DNA of 64,000 bases. Source: Vicinamibacterales bacterium (GTDB lineage: Bacteria; Acidobacteriota; Vicinamibacteria; Vicinamibacterales; UBA2999). The stretch covers positions 65,145-129,144 of the forward strand of contig JAUXWO010000111.1 in the NCBI GenBank assembly GCA_030680175.1. Reading direction: 5' to 3'. Within the stretch, counting starts at the first letter, position 1. Every line of letters starts with the position of its first letter. A program made the position numbers and the translations under genes. The notes below the pieces were generated by a model, which had not been told where the DNA came from, ran no database searches, and saw only the letters and a list, made by a program, of their open reading frames with translations. Positions 7,836-16,810 of the stretch are shown piece by piece.

Positions 7836-10487
7836 ATGCGACAGGTTCTTCTCAACAGCCACGGCGCCGTCGTGGCGCGCGTGCCCCGGCCCACCGTGGA
7901 GCCGGGCACCGTGCTCGTCCGCGTCCACTATTCGCTCATCTCCGTCGGCACCGAGATCGCGCCGCTGCGCTCCACGCTGACCGCGCCGGACGTCACCTCG
8001 GTCGAGAAGGGGATGGCGTACGCGAGCCTCGCGCAGCACTACTTCAGGGCGAGCCTCAGGGATCCACGGAAGGCGGCCTCGCGCCTGAAGCAGATCGCGC
8101 GCCGGCAGATTGCGGCGATGCGCCCCCCCGAGACGCCCGCGCCGGTGCCCGCCGTGGCGCTGGGCCGCGCCGAGTGGACGAAGGCCAGCGAGACCGCCAC
8201 GCTGACCGCGACGGGCGACCGCGTCGAGGTCGTCACCGACAGCACCCCGGCCGGCTACCAGGTGATGTCGCAGGTCTTCGCGGTGCCGGAGGGGCAGGTT
8301 GCCCTCGTGCGCGTGCGCGGCACGATCGAGGGCGGTCCCATCGCCATCGGCCTGCTCAACGATGCGCGCGACCGCTGGCTGCTGACGCGAACCTACGAGC
8401 CCGGTGACTTCGAGGACCAGCTCGTCTGCGAGGCCGGCGCGTCGCCGCAGATCACCGTGGTGGTGACGACGGCCAGCGCCGGCAGGCCCGTGAGGGTCGC
8501 GCTCGATCGTGCGGAGGTGGCGCTGGCCCCGCCCACCGTGGGCGGCCTGCCGCACAGCGAGCTGAACGACACCGGCTGGAACGTCGGCTACTCGGTGGCG
8601 GGCGAGGTGGTGGCCGTGGGACAGGGCATCACGGACCTGGCGCCAGGGGACCTCGTCGCGTGCGCGGGCGCCGGCCAGGCGAACCATGCCGACTACGTGG
8701 TCGTCCGCCGCAACCTCGTGGCGCGCCTGCCGAAGGGCTGCCCGGTGGACATGGCGGCGTCGACGACGATCGGCGCCATCGCGCTCCAGGGCGTGCGCCG
8801 CGCGGCGCCCGAACTCGGCGACCGCATCGCCGTCGTCGGGCTCGGCCTCATCGGCCAGATCACGGTGCAGCTCCTGAAGGCGAACGGCTGCAAGGTGATC
8901 GGCCTCGACCTGGACCCGGGGCGCGTGGCGCGGGCGCGCGAGCGCGGCATGGACGCCGGCGCCAGCGACCCGGCGGAGTTCCTCGGGCTCGTGCGCGACC
9001 TGACGGGCGGGCAGGGGGCCGACCGGACGATCCTGACGGCGGCCACGAAGTCCGACGCCGTGATCAACCTCGGCATGGACGTCACGCGCCGCCGTGGCGC
9101 CGTCATCATCGTCGGCGACGTGTCGCTCAACGTGAAGCGCGAGGTGTTCTACCGCAAGGAGATCGACCTGTTGATGAGCACGTCGTACGGGCCCGGCCGG
9201 TACGACGCCTCGTACGAGGTCGAGGGACGCGACTATCCCTACGCCTACGTGCGGTGGACGCAGAACCGCAACATGCAGGCGTATCTCGAGCTCGTCGCGT
9301 CGGGCCAGCTGCAGATCCAGCCGCTCATCGATCGCGTGATCTCCATCGACGAGACGCCGTCCGCGTACAAGGAGCTGGCGAAGGGCGGCCAGGCGTTGCC
9401 CATGGGCGTGCTCATCCGCTACCCGGACGATGCGCGCGACCTGCCGGAGGCGCTGGATGCGCCGCGGATCACGATCCGGGGGCACCGGCCGCCGCCGGAC
9501 GGCGTGATCAACTACGCGCTCGTCGGCGCCGGCGGGTTCGGGACCGGCATGCTCGTGCCGCAGATGAAGAAGCGGCGCGACCGCTTCTTCCTCCGCGGTG
9601 TGGTCAGTCGCGGATCGGCGGCGTCGGGCAACTTCGCGCGCGAGCACCAGGTCGAGGTGCTCACCACCGACTACGGCGCGATCCTGGCCGATCCGGGCTT
9701 TCACCTCGTCGTGCTCGCCACGCGGCACGACAAGCACGCCGATCAGGTCGTGCGCGGCCTCGAGGCCGGCAAGCACGTGTTCGTCGAGAAGCCGCTGGCC
9801 CTCTCGTGGGAGGAACTCGACCGGGTCGTCGGGACGTACCGCGGCCTCGAGCAGCCGCCGCTGCTGCTTGTCGGGTTCAACCGGCGCTTCTCGCCCGCGG
9901 TGCAGGCGATCAAGGCCGCCACGGCGAACCGCCGCGCCCCCCTCGTCGTCAACTACCGGCTCCACGCCGGCTACCTGCCGCCGGATCACTGGGTACACGG
10001 GCCGGAAGGCGGCGGGCGCAACGTGGGCGAGGCCTGCCACATGTACGATGTGTTCAGGTGCCTGACGGGGGCGCCGGTGCAGTCGGTGACGGCCACCGCG
10101 ATCGATCCTGGCACCTTGCCGTACTTCCGCAACGACAACTTCGCGGCGACGATCGGCTACGCCGACGGCAGCGTCTGCACGCTGACCTATACGTCGCTCG
10201 GGCCGAAGCAGGGGCTCGGCAAGGAGTACATCGAGGTGTTCAGCGACGGCGAGGCGTACATCGTCGACGACTTCAAGAAGCTGACGAAGACGAGCGATCA
10301 GTCCGTGCTGTGGCAGAGCAGCGAGGCCGACAAGGGCCACCGCGACGAGCTGAGCCAGTTCGGAGACGCGATCGCCGCCGGCGCACCGTCGCCAATCCCG
10401 TTCGACGAACTCGTCGAGACATCGGCACTGGCGCTGCGCATCGAGGACCTGCTGCACGGACGCATCGACGACGGGGAGGGGGCCTAG
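7836..10487 (+). CDS. Bi-domain oxidoreductase (MDR/zinc-ADH-like half + Gfo/Idh/MocA half) carrying an inserted ~125-aa GYQ-RW module
   Basis: N-terminal half: VLVRVHYSLISVGTE ... GYSVAGEVVAVG, with Rossmann motif VVGLGLIGQITVQLL. Second half: Rossmann motif YALVGAGGFGTGMLVPQM and HVFVEKPLAL (Gfo/Idh/MocA). Residues ~108-232 form an extra segment between the GroES-like strands. Confidence 0.8.
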   Translation: MRQVLLNSHGAVVARVPRPTVEPGTVLVRVHYSLISVGTEIAPLRSTLTAPDVTSVEKGMAYASLAQHYFRASLRDPRKAASRLKQIARRQIAAMRPPETPAPVPAVALGRAEWTKASETATLTATGDRVEVVTDSTPAGYQVMSQVFAVPEGQVALVRVRGTIEGGPIAIGLLNDARDRWLLTRTYEPGDFEDQLVCEAGASPQITVVVTTASAGRPVRVALDRAEVALAPPTVGGLPHSELNDTGWNVGYSVAGEVVAVGQGITDLAPGDLVACAGAGQANHADYVVVRRNLVARLPKGCPVDMAASTTIGAIALQGVRRAAPELGDRIAVVGLGLIGQITVQLLKANGCKVIGLDLDPGRVARARERGMDAGASDPAEFLGLVRDLTGGQGADRTILTAATKSDAVINLGMDVTRRRGAVIIVGDVSLNVKREVFYRKEIDLLMSTSYGPGRYDASYEVEGRDYPYAYVRWTQNRNMQAYLELVASGQLQIQPLIDRVISIDETPSAYKELAKGGQALPMGVLIRYPDDARDLPEALDAPRITIRGHRPPPDGVINYALVGAGGFGTGMLVPQMKKRRDRFFLRGVVSRGSAASGNFAREHQVEVLTTDYGAILADPGFHLVVLATRHDKHADQVVRGLEAGKHVFVEKPLALSWEELDRVVGTYRGLEQPPLLLVGFNRRFSPAVQAIKAATANRRAPLVVNYRLHAGYLPPDHWVHGPEGGGRNVGEACHMYDVFRCLTGAPVQSVTATAIDPGTLPYFRNDNFAATIGYADGSVCTLTYTSLGPKQGLGKEYIEVFSDGEAYIVDDFKKLTKTSDQSVLWQSSEADKGHRDELSQFGDAIAAGAPSPIPFDELVETSALALRIEDLLHGRIDDGEGA

Positions 10488-10488
10488 C

Positions 10489-13164
10489 GTGCGCTGCCTG
10501 TATCTGACGGCGGGCGGCGACGTCGGCATCGTCGACGAGCCGAGGCTCGCGACGACGACCGAGCGGCACAAGATCGAGCTGCCGGCGCCGGCCTCGCTCA
10601 TGCCGGGGCCGCCGCTGCGGCTGCTGGACCAGGATCCCTCGCTGGCGGGCGTCATCGTGGAGATGACGCTCGGCTTCGCGCCGCGCGCGACCCTGCGCCT
10701 GGCCCGCGAGGTGCTGCGCCGGGGCCGGCGGGTGTGGCTCCACTGGCCCACGGAGACGGCCGTGGAGTGTGTCGACGACGAGCGGCTCGCGAGCCACTGG
10801 CGGCACTGGGTGTTCATCGTGGCGGGGTTCGCCCGCCAGCGGCTGGCGGGCGCCGTCGCCGTCACGCTGGGCCGCATCGCCGCGCGGCTGCCGGGCCGGC
10901 TGAAGCGCCTGATTCCGGCGCGCTTCCACTTCGTGGATACCTGGGCCAGCGACTGCCGCGTGGCGGAGTTGACGGCGCTGCTGGACACGATGGCGCCGGT
11001 CCCGCTGACCCGGGTCGAGCCCGGCGCGTCCGTGGCGGTGCCCGGGACCGGCGCGTATCTCCGGACGGACTTCTGGGCGCGCATCGACTCGGGGGGCAGC
11101 TACGGCCACACGTGCTATGTCGCCAAGGAACTGGCCGCGACGAGTGACGGGTTCGTGTGCTTCATGGCGCATCGGTACTCGCTGCTGGACGAGTACGGCC
11201 TGACGCAGGTGGCGCTGCCGCCGCCGCCGGGCGACGCCACGGAGGACGTCATCGTGAACGCCACCGCGCACTACATGGTGGCGCTCAGGCCCGCGTTCGA
11301 GATCCTGCGCCCGGCGTACATCTACGAGCGGCTCTGCCTGGGCAACTATGCGGGCGCCCTGCTGAGCCGCCAGCTCGGCATCCCGTACATCGCGGAGTAC
11401 AACGGCTCCGAGATCTCGATGCGCCGCAGCTTCGACGGCGTCGGCTATCAGTACGAGCGCGAGTACCTGCTCGCCGAGGCGGTCGCGTTTCGCCAGGCCA
11501 CGATGATCTCCGTCGTGTCCGAGGAAGTCGGCGCGTCGCTCATCGCGCGCGGCGTCGATCCCCGGAAGATCCTCGTGAACCCCAACGGGGCCGACCTCAC
11601 GGCGTATGCGCCCGCGTCTCCGGCGCTGAAGGCCGAGGTGCGGGCCGAGGCGGGACTGGACGCGGACGCGCCCGTGGTTGGCTTCACCGGCACCTTCGGG
11701 GGGTGGCACGGCATCGACGTGCTCGCCGCCGCCCTGCCGCGCCTCTGCGCGCGCGTGCCACGGGCACAGTTCCTCCTGATCGGCGACGGCAACTACAAGC
11801 ACGTCATCGACAAGGCCATCGCCGAACACCAGCTCCAGACGCGCGTGCGCTGCACGGGGCGCGTGCCGCAGGCCGAGGGGGCGAGGCTGCTCAAGGCGTG
11901 CGATCTGTACGTCTCGCCGCACAGCAGCCACATGGTCGACAGCAAGTTCTTCGGCTCGCCGACGAAGATCTTCGAGTACATGGCCATGGGCGGCGGCATC
12001 GTCGCCAGTGACCTCGAGCAGATCGGCCAGGTGCTGTCGCCGGCGCTCAGGGCCGGGGATCTCGCCGATCAGGCGACGACCGCCGGTGAGGCGCGCGCCG
12101 TGCTCTGCGAGCCGGGCAACGTCGACGAGTTCGTGGAGGCGGTCGCCGGCCTCCTGGCCCGGCCCGACCTCTGGCCGGGGCTCGGGCAGAACGCCCGGCG
12201 TGCCGTCGAGCAGCACTACTCGTGGGCGCGCCATGTCGCCCGGCTGTGGCCGTTTCTCGCCGGCGCCACGGCGGAGGCCGCCCCCGTCGATCCGCCGCGC
12301 GAGCGCGCGGCGGCCGCCCCGGCCGCCGACGAGGCCCCGGCCGGCATCGAGACCGGCGATCGGTACAAGGACGAGGTGCAGCGGCAGTGGGACAACGATC
12401 CCGCCGGCTCGCACTACGTCAAGGAGGCCCGGCCGCACACGCTCGACTGGTTCCGGGAGGTCGAGGCGTACCGCTACGATGAGTACGCGCCGTGGATGGC
12501 CGAGACCATGGAGTTCGCGCGTCACGCGGGGGAGCGCGTCCTGGAGATCGGCGCCGGCATCGGCACCGACCACGTGCAGTTCGCGATCAATGGCGCGATC
12601 ACGACCGACATCGACCTGTCGTCAGGACACCTCGAACTCGCGAAGGAGAACTTCAGGCTGCGCGGCCTGCAGGGCACCTTCGTCCACCACGACGCCGAGC
12701 GGCTCCCCTTCGACGACGACACGTTCGACGTCGTCTACAGCAACGGCGTCATCCATCACACGCCGAACACCTATGACGTCGTGCGCGAGATCCGCCGTGT
12801 GCTCCGGCCCGGCGGCAAGGCGATCGTCATGGTCTACGCCGAGAACTCCCTGCACTACTGGCGCAATCTCGTCTGGGCCATCGGCATCAGGGAGCACGCG
12901 CTGCAGCAGCAGTCCATGGGCGACATCATGTCGCGCTCCGTGGAGCGGTCCGACAACGCCGCGGCGCGGCCCCTGGTGAAGGTGTACACCCCGGCGCGGC
13001 TTCGCCAGTTGTTCGGGGGATTCGACGGGATCGAGATCGTGCAGCGGCAGATGGTCGCCGCCGAGAAGCCGCGGCTGCTGCGCTGGGTCCCGCTGCCGGC
13101 CCTCGGGCAGTGGATGGGCTGGAACCTGGTCATCAAGGCGCGCAAGCCGGGAGGCGCCCGCTGA
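10489..13164 (+). CDS. Fusion protein: N-terminal extension + GT4 (GT-B) glycosyltransferase + C-terminal class I SAM methyltransferase
   Basis: GT-B region: GGSYGHTCYVAKEL, EYNGSE, GFTGTFGGWHGIDVL and FGSPTKIFEYMAMGGGIVAS. An Ala/Pro-rich linker follows. Methyltransferase motifs: VLEIGAGIGTD, FDVVYSNGVIHHTP and LRPGGKAIVMVY. Confidence 0.8.
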   Translation: MRCLYLTAGGDVGIVDEPRLATTTERHKIELPAPASLMPGPPLRLLDQDPSLAGVIVEMTLGFAPRATLRLAREVLRRGRRVWLHWPTETAVECVDDERLASHWRHWVFIVAGFARQRLAGAVAVTLGRIAARLPGRLKRLIPARFHFVDTWASDCRVAELTALLDTMAPVPLTRVEPGASVAVPGTGAYLRTDFWARIDSGGSYGHTCYVAKELAATSDGFVCFMAHRYSLLDEYGLTQVALPPPPGDATEDVIVNATAHYMVALRPAFEILRPAYIYERLCLGNYAGALLSRQLGIPYIAEYNGSEISMRRSFDGVGYQYEREYLLAEAVAFRQATMISVVSEEVGASLIARGVDPRKILVNPNGADLTAYAPASPALKAEVRAEAGLDADAPVVGFTGTFGGWHGIDVLAAALPRLCARVPRAQFLLIGDGNYKHVIDKAIAEHQLQTRVRCTGRVPQAEGARLLKACDLYVSPHSSHMVDSKFFGSPTKIFEYMAMGGGIVASDLEQIGQVLSPALRAGDLADQATTAGEARAVLCEPGNVDEFVEAVAGLLARPDLWPGLGQNARRAVEQHYSWARHVARLWPFLAGATAEAAPVDPPRERAAAAPAADEAPAGIETGDRYKDEVQRQWDNDPAGSHYVKEARPHTLDWFREVEAYRYDEYAPWMAETMEFARHAGERVLEIGAGIGTDHVQFAINGAITTDIDLSSGHLELAKENFRLRGLQGTFVHHDAERLPFDDDTFDVVYSNGVIHHTPNTYDVVREIRRVLRPGGKAIVMVYAENSLHYWRNLVWAIGIREHALQQQSMGDIMSRSVERSDNAAARPLVKVYTPARLRQLFGGFDGIEIVQRQMVAAEKPRLLRWVPLPALGQWMGWNLVIKARKPGGAR

Positions 13165-13898
13165 GCGCCGTCGTCTTCGGACGGATCCGCGACATCGACG
13201 CCAGCGCGCCGGCCACGTGGCAGGACGGCCGCGCCTTCCTGACGTTCGACATCGACTGGGCGCACGACGAGGTGCTGGCCGACACGATCGCGATCGTGGA
13301 GCGGGCGGGCGTGTCCGCGACCTGGTTCGTGACGCACGACACGCCGCTGCTCGAGCGCCTGCGTGAGAATCCCGCGTTCGAGCTCGGCATCCATCCGAAC
13401 TTCAACTTCCTGCTGAACGGCGACGCGAGGAACGGCGCGAGCGCCGAGGCCGTCGTGGACGGCCTGCTCCGGATCGTGCCGGACGCGGTGAGCGTGCGCA
13501 GCCACTCCACGATGGTGAGCACGCCACTGCTGGCGCTCTTCGCGAGGAAGGGCCTGCGGTTCGACTGCAACCTGTTCGTGCCGCACACCGCCGGCATCGC
13601 CCTCCGGCCGTGGGCCAACTGGACCGGGGTGACGATGGTGCCGTACTGCTGGGAGGACGATGTGGCGTTCCTGAGCGGAGATACCGCGGACACGGCGTCG
13701 GTGGCGAGGGCAGGCGGCCTTCGCGTGTTCGACTTCCATCCCATCCATGTGTTCCTGAACACCGACGCGGCGGAGCGCTACGACCTGGCCCGGGCCTCGC
13801 TCGGAGATCCCGGGGCGCTTCGGGCGCACCGCCTCGCGGACACCACCGTCGGGACGCACGCGGCGTTGACGCGGCTGCTGGAGGCCGCCACGGCATGA
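13110..13898 (+). CDS. Polysaccharide deacetylase-like protein (WbmS-type); start uncertain
   Basis: Motifs FLTFDIDWAHDEVLADTIAIVERAGVSATWFVTH and GIHPNFN. ATG 13110 would overlap the upstream gene by 55 nt. An in-frame CTG at 13161 would instead give a CTGA overlap. Confidence 0.55.
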   Translation: MDGLEPGHQGAQAGRRPLSAVVFGRIRDIDASAPATWQDGRAFLTFDIDWAHDEVLADTIAIVERAGVSATWFVTHDTPLLERLRENPAFELGIHPNFNFLLNGDARNGASAEAVVDGLLRIVPDAVSVRSHSTMVSTPLLALFARKGLRFDCNLFVPHTAGIALRPWANWTGVTMVPYCWEDDVAFLSGDTADTASVARAGGLRVFDFHPIHVFLNTDAAERYDLARASLGDPGALRAHRLADTTVGTHAALTRLLEAATA

Positions 13899-14818
13899 GG
13901 CTGGCGGTCATCGGGCGGACCGAAGTGCTGCACGCGGCCGCAGAGCATCTGCGCGCGGAGGGACACGAGGTGGTGCTCGTGGCGACGGCCCGGGAGGCGC
14001 CGGAGTCGGCGATGGCCGTCCAGGAGTTCGACGCCTACGCCGCGTCGATTGGCGCGCGCTTCCTGGCCTCGGCGCGCGCGAACGACCTCGTCGCCGCGCT
14101 CGACGCCGCCGGACCGATCGACGTCGGCGTCAGCCTGAACTACCCGGCGGTGATTCCACAGGCGGTCATCGACCGGCCTCGCCTGGGCATCCTCAACGCG
14201 CACGGCGGCGACCTGCCTCGCTATCGCGGCAACGCCTGCCAGGCCTGGGCGATCCTGAATGGCGAGCCGCGCGTGGCGCTGTGCGTCCACCGCATGGTCG
14301 GGGGCGTGGTGGACGCCGGCGACATCGTCGCGCGCGAGTACCTGCCGATCGATCTGCGGACGACGATCACGGATGTGGTCGCCTGGATGTCGGCCCGGAC
14401 GCCTGTGTTGTTCGCCGACGCCATCGCGCGGCTGGCCGGGAATCCGGCGTTCTGTCTCGAGCGGCAGTCGGAGGATCCGGCGGACGCGCTGCGGTGCTAT
14501 CCACGCCGCCCCGAGGATGCCCGCATCGACTGGCGTCAGCCGGTCGTGCCCATCGTCCGCCTGGTGAACGCCAGCACGTTCCCGTACGCGGGGGCCTTCT
14601 GCGAGTTCGAGGGGGCGCGCGTCGTCGTGCGGTCCGCGGCGCCGGTGGTCGACGGCGAGCGGTATCTCGCCGTGCCCGGTCAGATCACGCGGATCGACGA
14701 CGCGGGCATCGACGTCGCCGCCGGCGACGGGAAGGTGCGGCTCACGGCGATCGAGATCGAGGGCGTGGCGGTCTCGCCGCGGGCCCTCGCGCGTTCCATC
14801 CGCCAGCGGTTCAGCTGA
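13895..14818 (+). CDS. Formyltransferase (Fmt/ArnA-N-like; probable sugar N-formyltransferase)
   Basis: ORF 13610..14818 trimmed to MRLAVIGRTE at 13895 (ATGA overlap). The formyltransferase core is GILNAHGGDLPRYRGNACQAWAI, followed by an Fmt-like C-terminal region. Confidence 0.75.
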   Translation: MRLAVIGRTEVLHAAAEHLRAEGHEVVLVATAREAPESAMAVQEFDAYAASIGARFLASARANDLVAALDAAGPIDVGVSLNYPAVIPQAVIDRPRLGILNAHGGDLPRYRGNACQAWAILNGEPRVALCVHRMVGGVVDAGDIVAREYLPIDLRTTITDVVAWMSARTPVLFADAIARLAGNPAFCLERQSEDPADALRCYPRRPEDARIDWRQPVVPIVRLVNASTFPYAGAFCEFEGARVVVRSAAPVVDGERYLAVPGQITRIDDAGIDVAAGDGKVRLTAIEIEGVAVSPRALARSIRQRFS

Positions 14819-14821
14819 GTC

Positions 14822-16810
14822 ATGTGGTCCCGCCTTCGACACCTGCTCCGGCTGCGCGCCGACACGACCGCGCTCGCGACGCCGCCGCCCCCGGCGCCCG
14901 TGCGCTGGGCGCCGCCGGCCGGATGGATCGCGCGGCGCCGGACGCACACCGCCGCATATGCCGGCCTGGACGCCGATGGCGTCGCACGGGCGCGGGCCCT
15001 CGCGCCTGCGGCGGCGCGCCGCGTCCTCGAGGCGGCGGCGCGGGCGCTCCGCCACGAGTTCGACCTGCTCGGCAGCGGCCCCTTCGTGCCGGTCGATCCC
15101 GATCGCCCGGTCCGCGAGGGCTATCAGCCGATCGACTGGTATCTCGACCCCGTGCGGCACCTGCGCTTCCCCAGGGGCGTGCCCCACACGGAGTGGAGGC
15201 TCTACGAGATGCGGCCCGGCAACGCCGACGTCAAGTACCCCTGGGAGCTGGCGCGGTGCCAGCACTGGGTGACGCTGGGTCAGGCGTGGCGGCTCACAGG
15301 TGACGACCGGTTCGCGCGCGAGATCGTCGACCAGCTCGACGACTTCGTGGAGGCCAACCCGGTCGGCATCGGCATCAACTGGACCTGCACGATGGACGTG
15401 GCGCTCCGCGTCGTGAGCTGGGTGATGGCGCTCGACCTCGTGCGGGACTGCGAAGGCATCGATGAGGCGGCACGGGCCCGCGCGTATACCGCGCTCTTCG
15501 ACCACGGGGTGTTCATCCGCGGCAATCTGGAGAACACCTACGAGGTCACGAGCAACCATTTCCTGAGCAACGTTCTCGGGCTGTGGTTCCTGGCGGCTGC
15601 GTTCGAGGACCTGCCGGACGGGCAGGCGTGGGGGGCGTTCGCACGCGAGGCGCTCGAGGCCGAGATCGACGTCCAGGTGCTGCCCGATGGCGCCGACTTC
15701 GAGTCGTCCGTGCCGTATCACCGGCTCGTCGCGGAACTGTTCCTCGGTGGCGCCCGGCTGGCCGACCATCGCGGACAGCCGCTTTCGGCGCACTACCGGG
15801 CGCGCGTGCGTGACATGATCGCGTATCTGGCCGGGGTGCAGCGGCCGGACGGGCTGATGCCGCAATCGGGCGATGCCGATGACGGACGGCTGCACGTGAT
15901 GGGCGGGACGGGGATGACGACGCCGCAGGATCCGAGACACCTGTTCGGACCGGCGGCGGTGATGTTCGACGAGCCGGCATGGCTCGCCGCGGGCGGCGAG
16001 GCCGGTGTGTGGGAGGCCGCCTGGTGGGGGCTGCCGCTGCCGGCGGCCGTGCCCGACGAGGGGCGGCTGCCTCCGGTCACGCGGCTCTTCCCGGACGCCG
16101 GCCACGCGGTCGTGCGGGACGACGGTCTCTACTTGCTCATCACCAACAGCATCGTCGGCACGAAGGGGTTCGGCAATCACAAGCACCACGACCAGCTGGG
16201 CTTCGAGTACCACGTCGGCGGCGTGCCGGTCGTCGTCGACCCCGGGAGCTACGTCTACACGTCCGATGCGGCGGCACGGAACCTGTTCCGGAGCACGCGC
16301 TATCACAGCACGCTGTCCGTGGACGGCGAGGAGCAGCACGAGATGAATCCCGAATGGCTGTTCCGGCTGTTCGAGCAGGGGCACGCCGAGCATCTCTCGT
16401 TTGGCGAGGCCGGCGGCTGGGTGGAGTACCGCGGACGTCACGTCGGCTACACGCGCCTGCCGGCCCCTGTGACGCACGAGCGCCGGATCCGGCTCCAGCG
16501 TGCGACCGGCCGCCTGGAGATCGAGGATGTCCTCAGCGGGAGCGGCACGCACGCCCTGGCGTGGCACTTCCATCTCGCGCCCGGCGTCGAGGCTTCGGTG
16601 GCTGGCGGTAGCGCGCGTCTGGCGACCGGCGCCGGGACGGTCCTGCTGGCCTGGCCGTCCGGCGTGGACGCACGGGTCAGCGACGCCTGGGAGTCGCCGT
16701 CGTACGGCGTGCGTCGCGCCTGCCGCGCCGTGGACCTGTCCGCCGAGGTCTCCCTGCACGGCGACGCCGTGTTCCGCTTCACCATGGCGCCGGAGGCGCA
16801 CGCCTCGTGA
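14822..16810 (+). CDS. Heparinase II/III-like protein, copy 2 (no signal peptide)
   Basis: Motifs VKYPWELARCQH, GINWTCTMDVALRVVSW, TSNHFLSNVLGL, FESSVPYHRLV and GFGNHKHHDQLGFEY. Clear paralog of 5706..7781. Confidence 0.75.
   Translation: MWSRLRHLLRLRADTTALATPPPPAPVRWAPPAGWIARRRTHTAAYAGLDADGVARARALAPAAARRVLEAAARALRHEFDLLGSGPFVPVDPDRPVREGYQPIDWYLDPVRHLRFPRGVPHTEWRLYEMRPGNADVKYPWELARCQHWVTLGQAWRLTGDDRFAREIVDQLDDFVEANPVGIGINWTCTMDVALRVVSWVMALDLVRDCEGIDEAARARAYTALFDHGVFIRGNLENTYEVTSNHFLSNVLGLWFLAAAFEDLPDGQAWGAFAREALEAEIDVQVLPDGADFESSVPYHRLVAELFLGGARLADHRGQPLSAHYRARVRDMIAYLAGVQRPDGLMPQSGDADDGRLHVMGGTGMTTPQDPRHLFGPAAVMFDEPAWLAAGGEAGVWEAAWWGLPLPAAVPDEGRLPPVTRLFPDAGHAVVRDDGLYLLITNSIVGTKGFGNHKHHDQLGFEYHVGGVPVVVDPGSYVYTSDAAARNLFRSTRYHSTLSVDGEEQHEMNPEWLFRLFEQGHAEHLSFGEAGGWVEYRGRHVGYTRLPAPVTHERRIRLQRATGRLEIEDVLSGSGTHALAWHFHLAPGVEASVAGGSARLATGAGTVLLAWPSGVDARVSDAWESPSYGVRRACRAVDLSAEVSLHGDAVFRFTMAPEAHAS

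Noticed and set aside
7806-11084. Very long minus-strand ORFs: 7806..11084 (1092 aa), 13778..16840 (1020 aa), 60041..62542 (833 aa), 2391..4637, 20629..22704 and others.
   Set aside because: They mirror + strand genes that have strong family signatures. They are Arg/Ala/Gly/Pro/His-rich with no recognisable motifs, which is typical of open antisense frames in high-GC DNA.
16604-16615. ops/JUMPStart-like GGCGGTAG motifs at 16604-16615 (GGCGGTAGCGCG) and 47368-47375.
   Set aside because: The first lies inside a coding region and deviates from the consensus. The second is created by a stop codon. By a rough composition estimate, an 8-mer of this composition is expected about 2-3 times per strand by chance in 64 kb. 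RfaH-type control is not established outside the proteobacteria.
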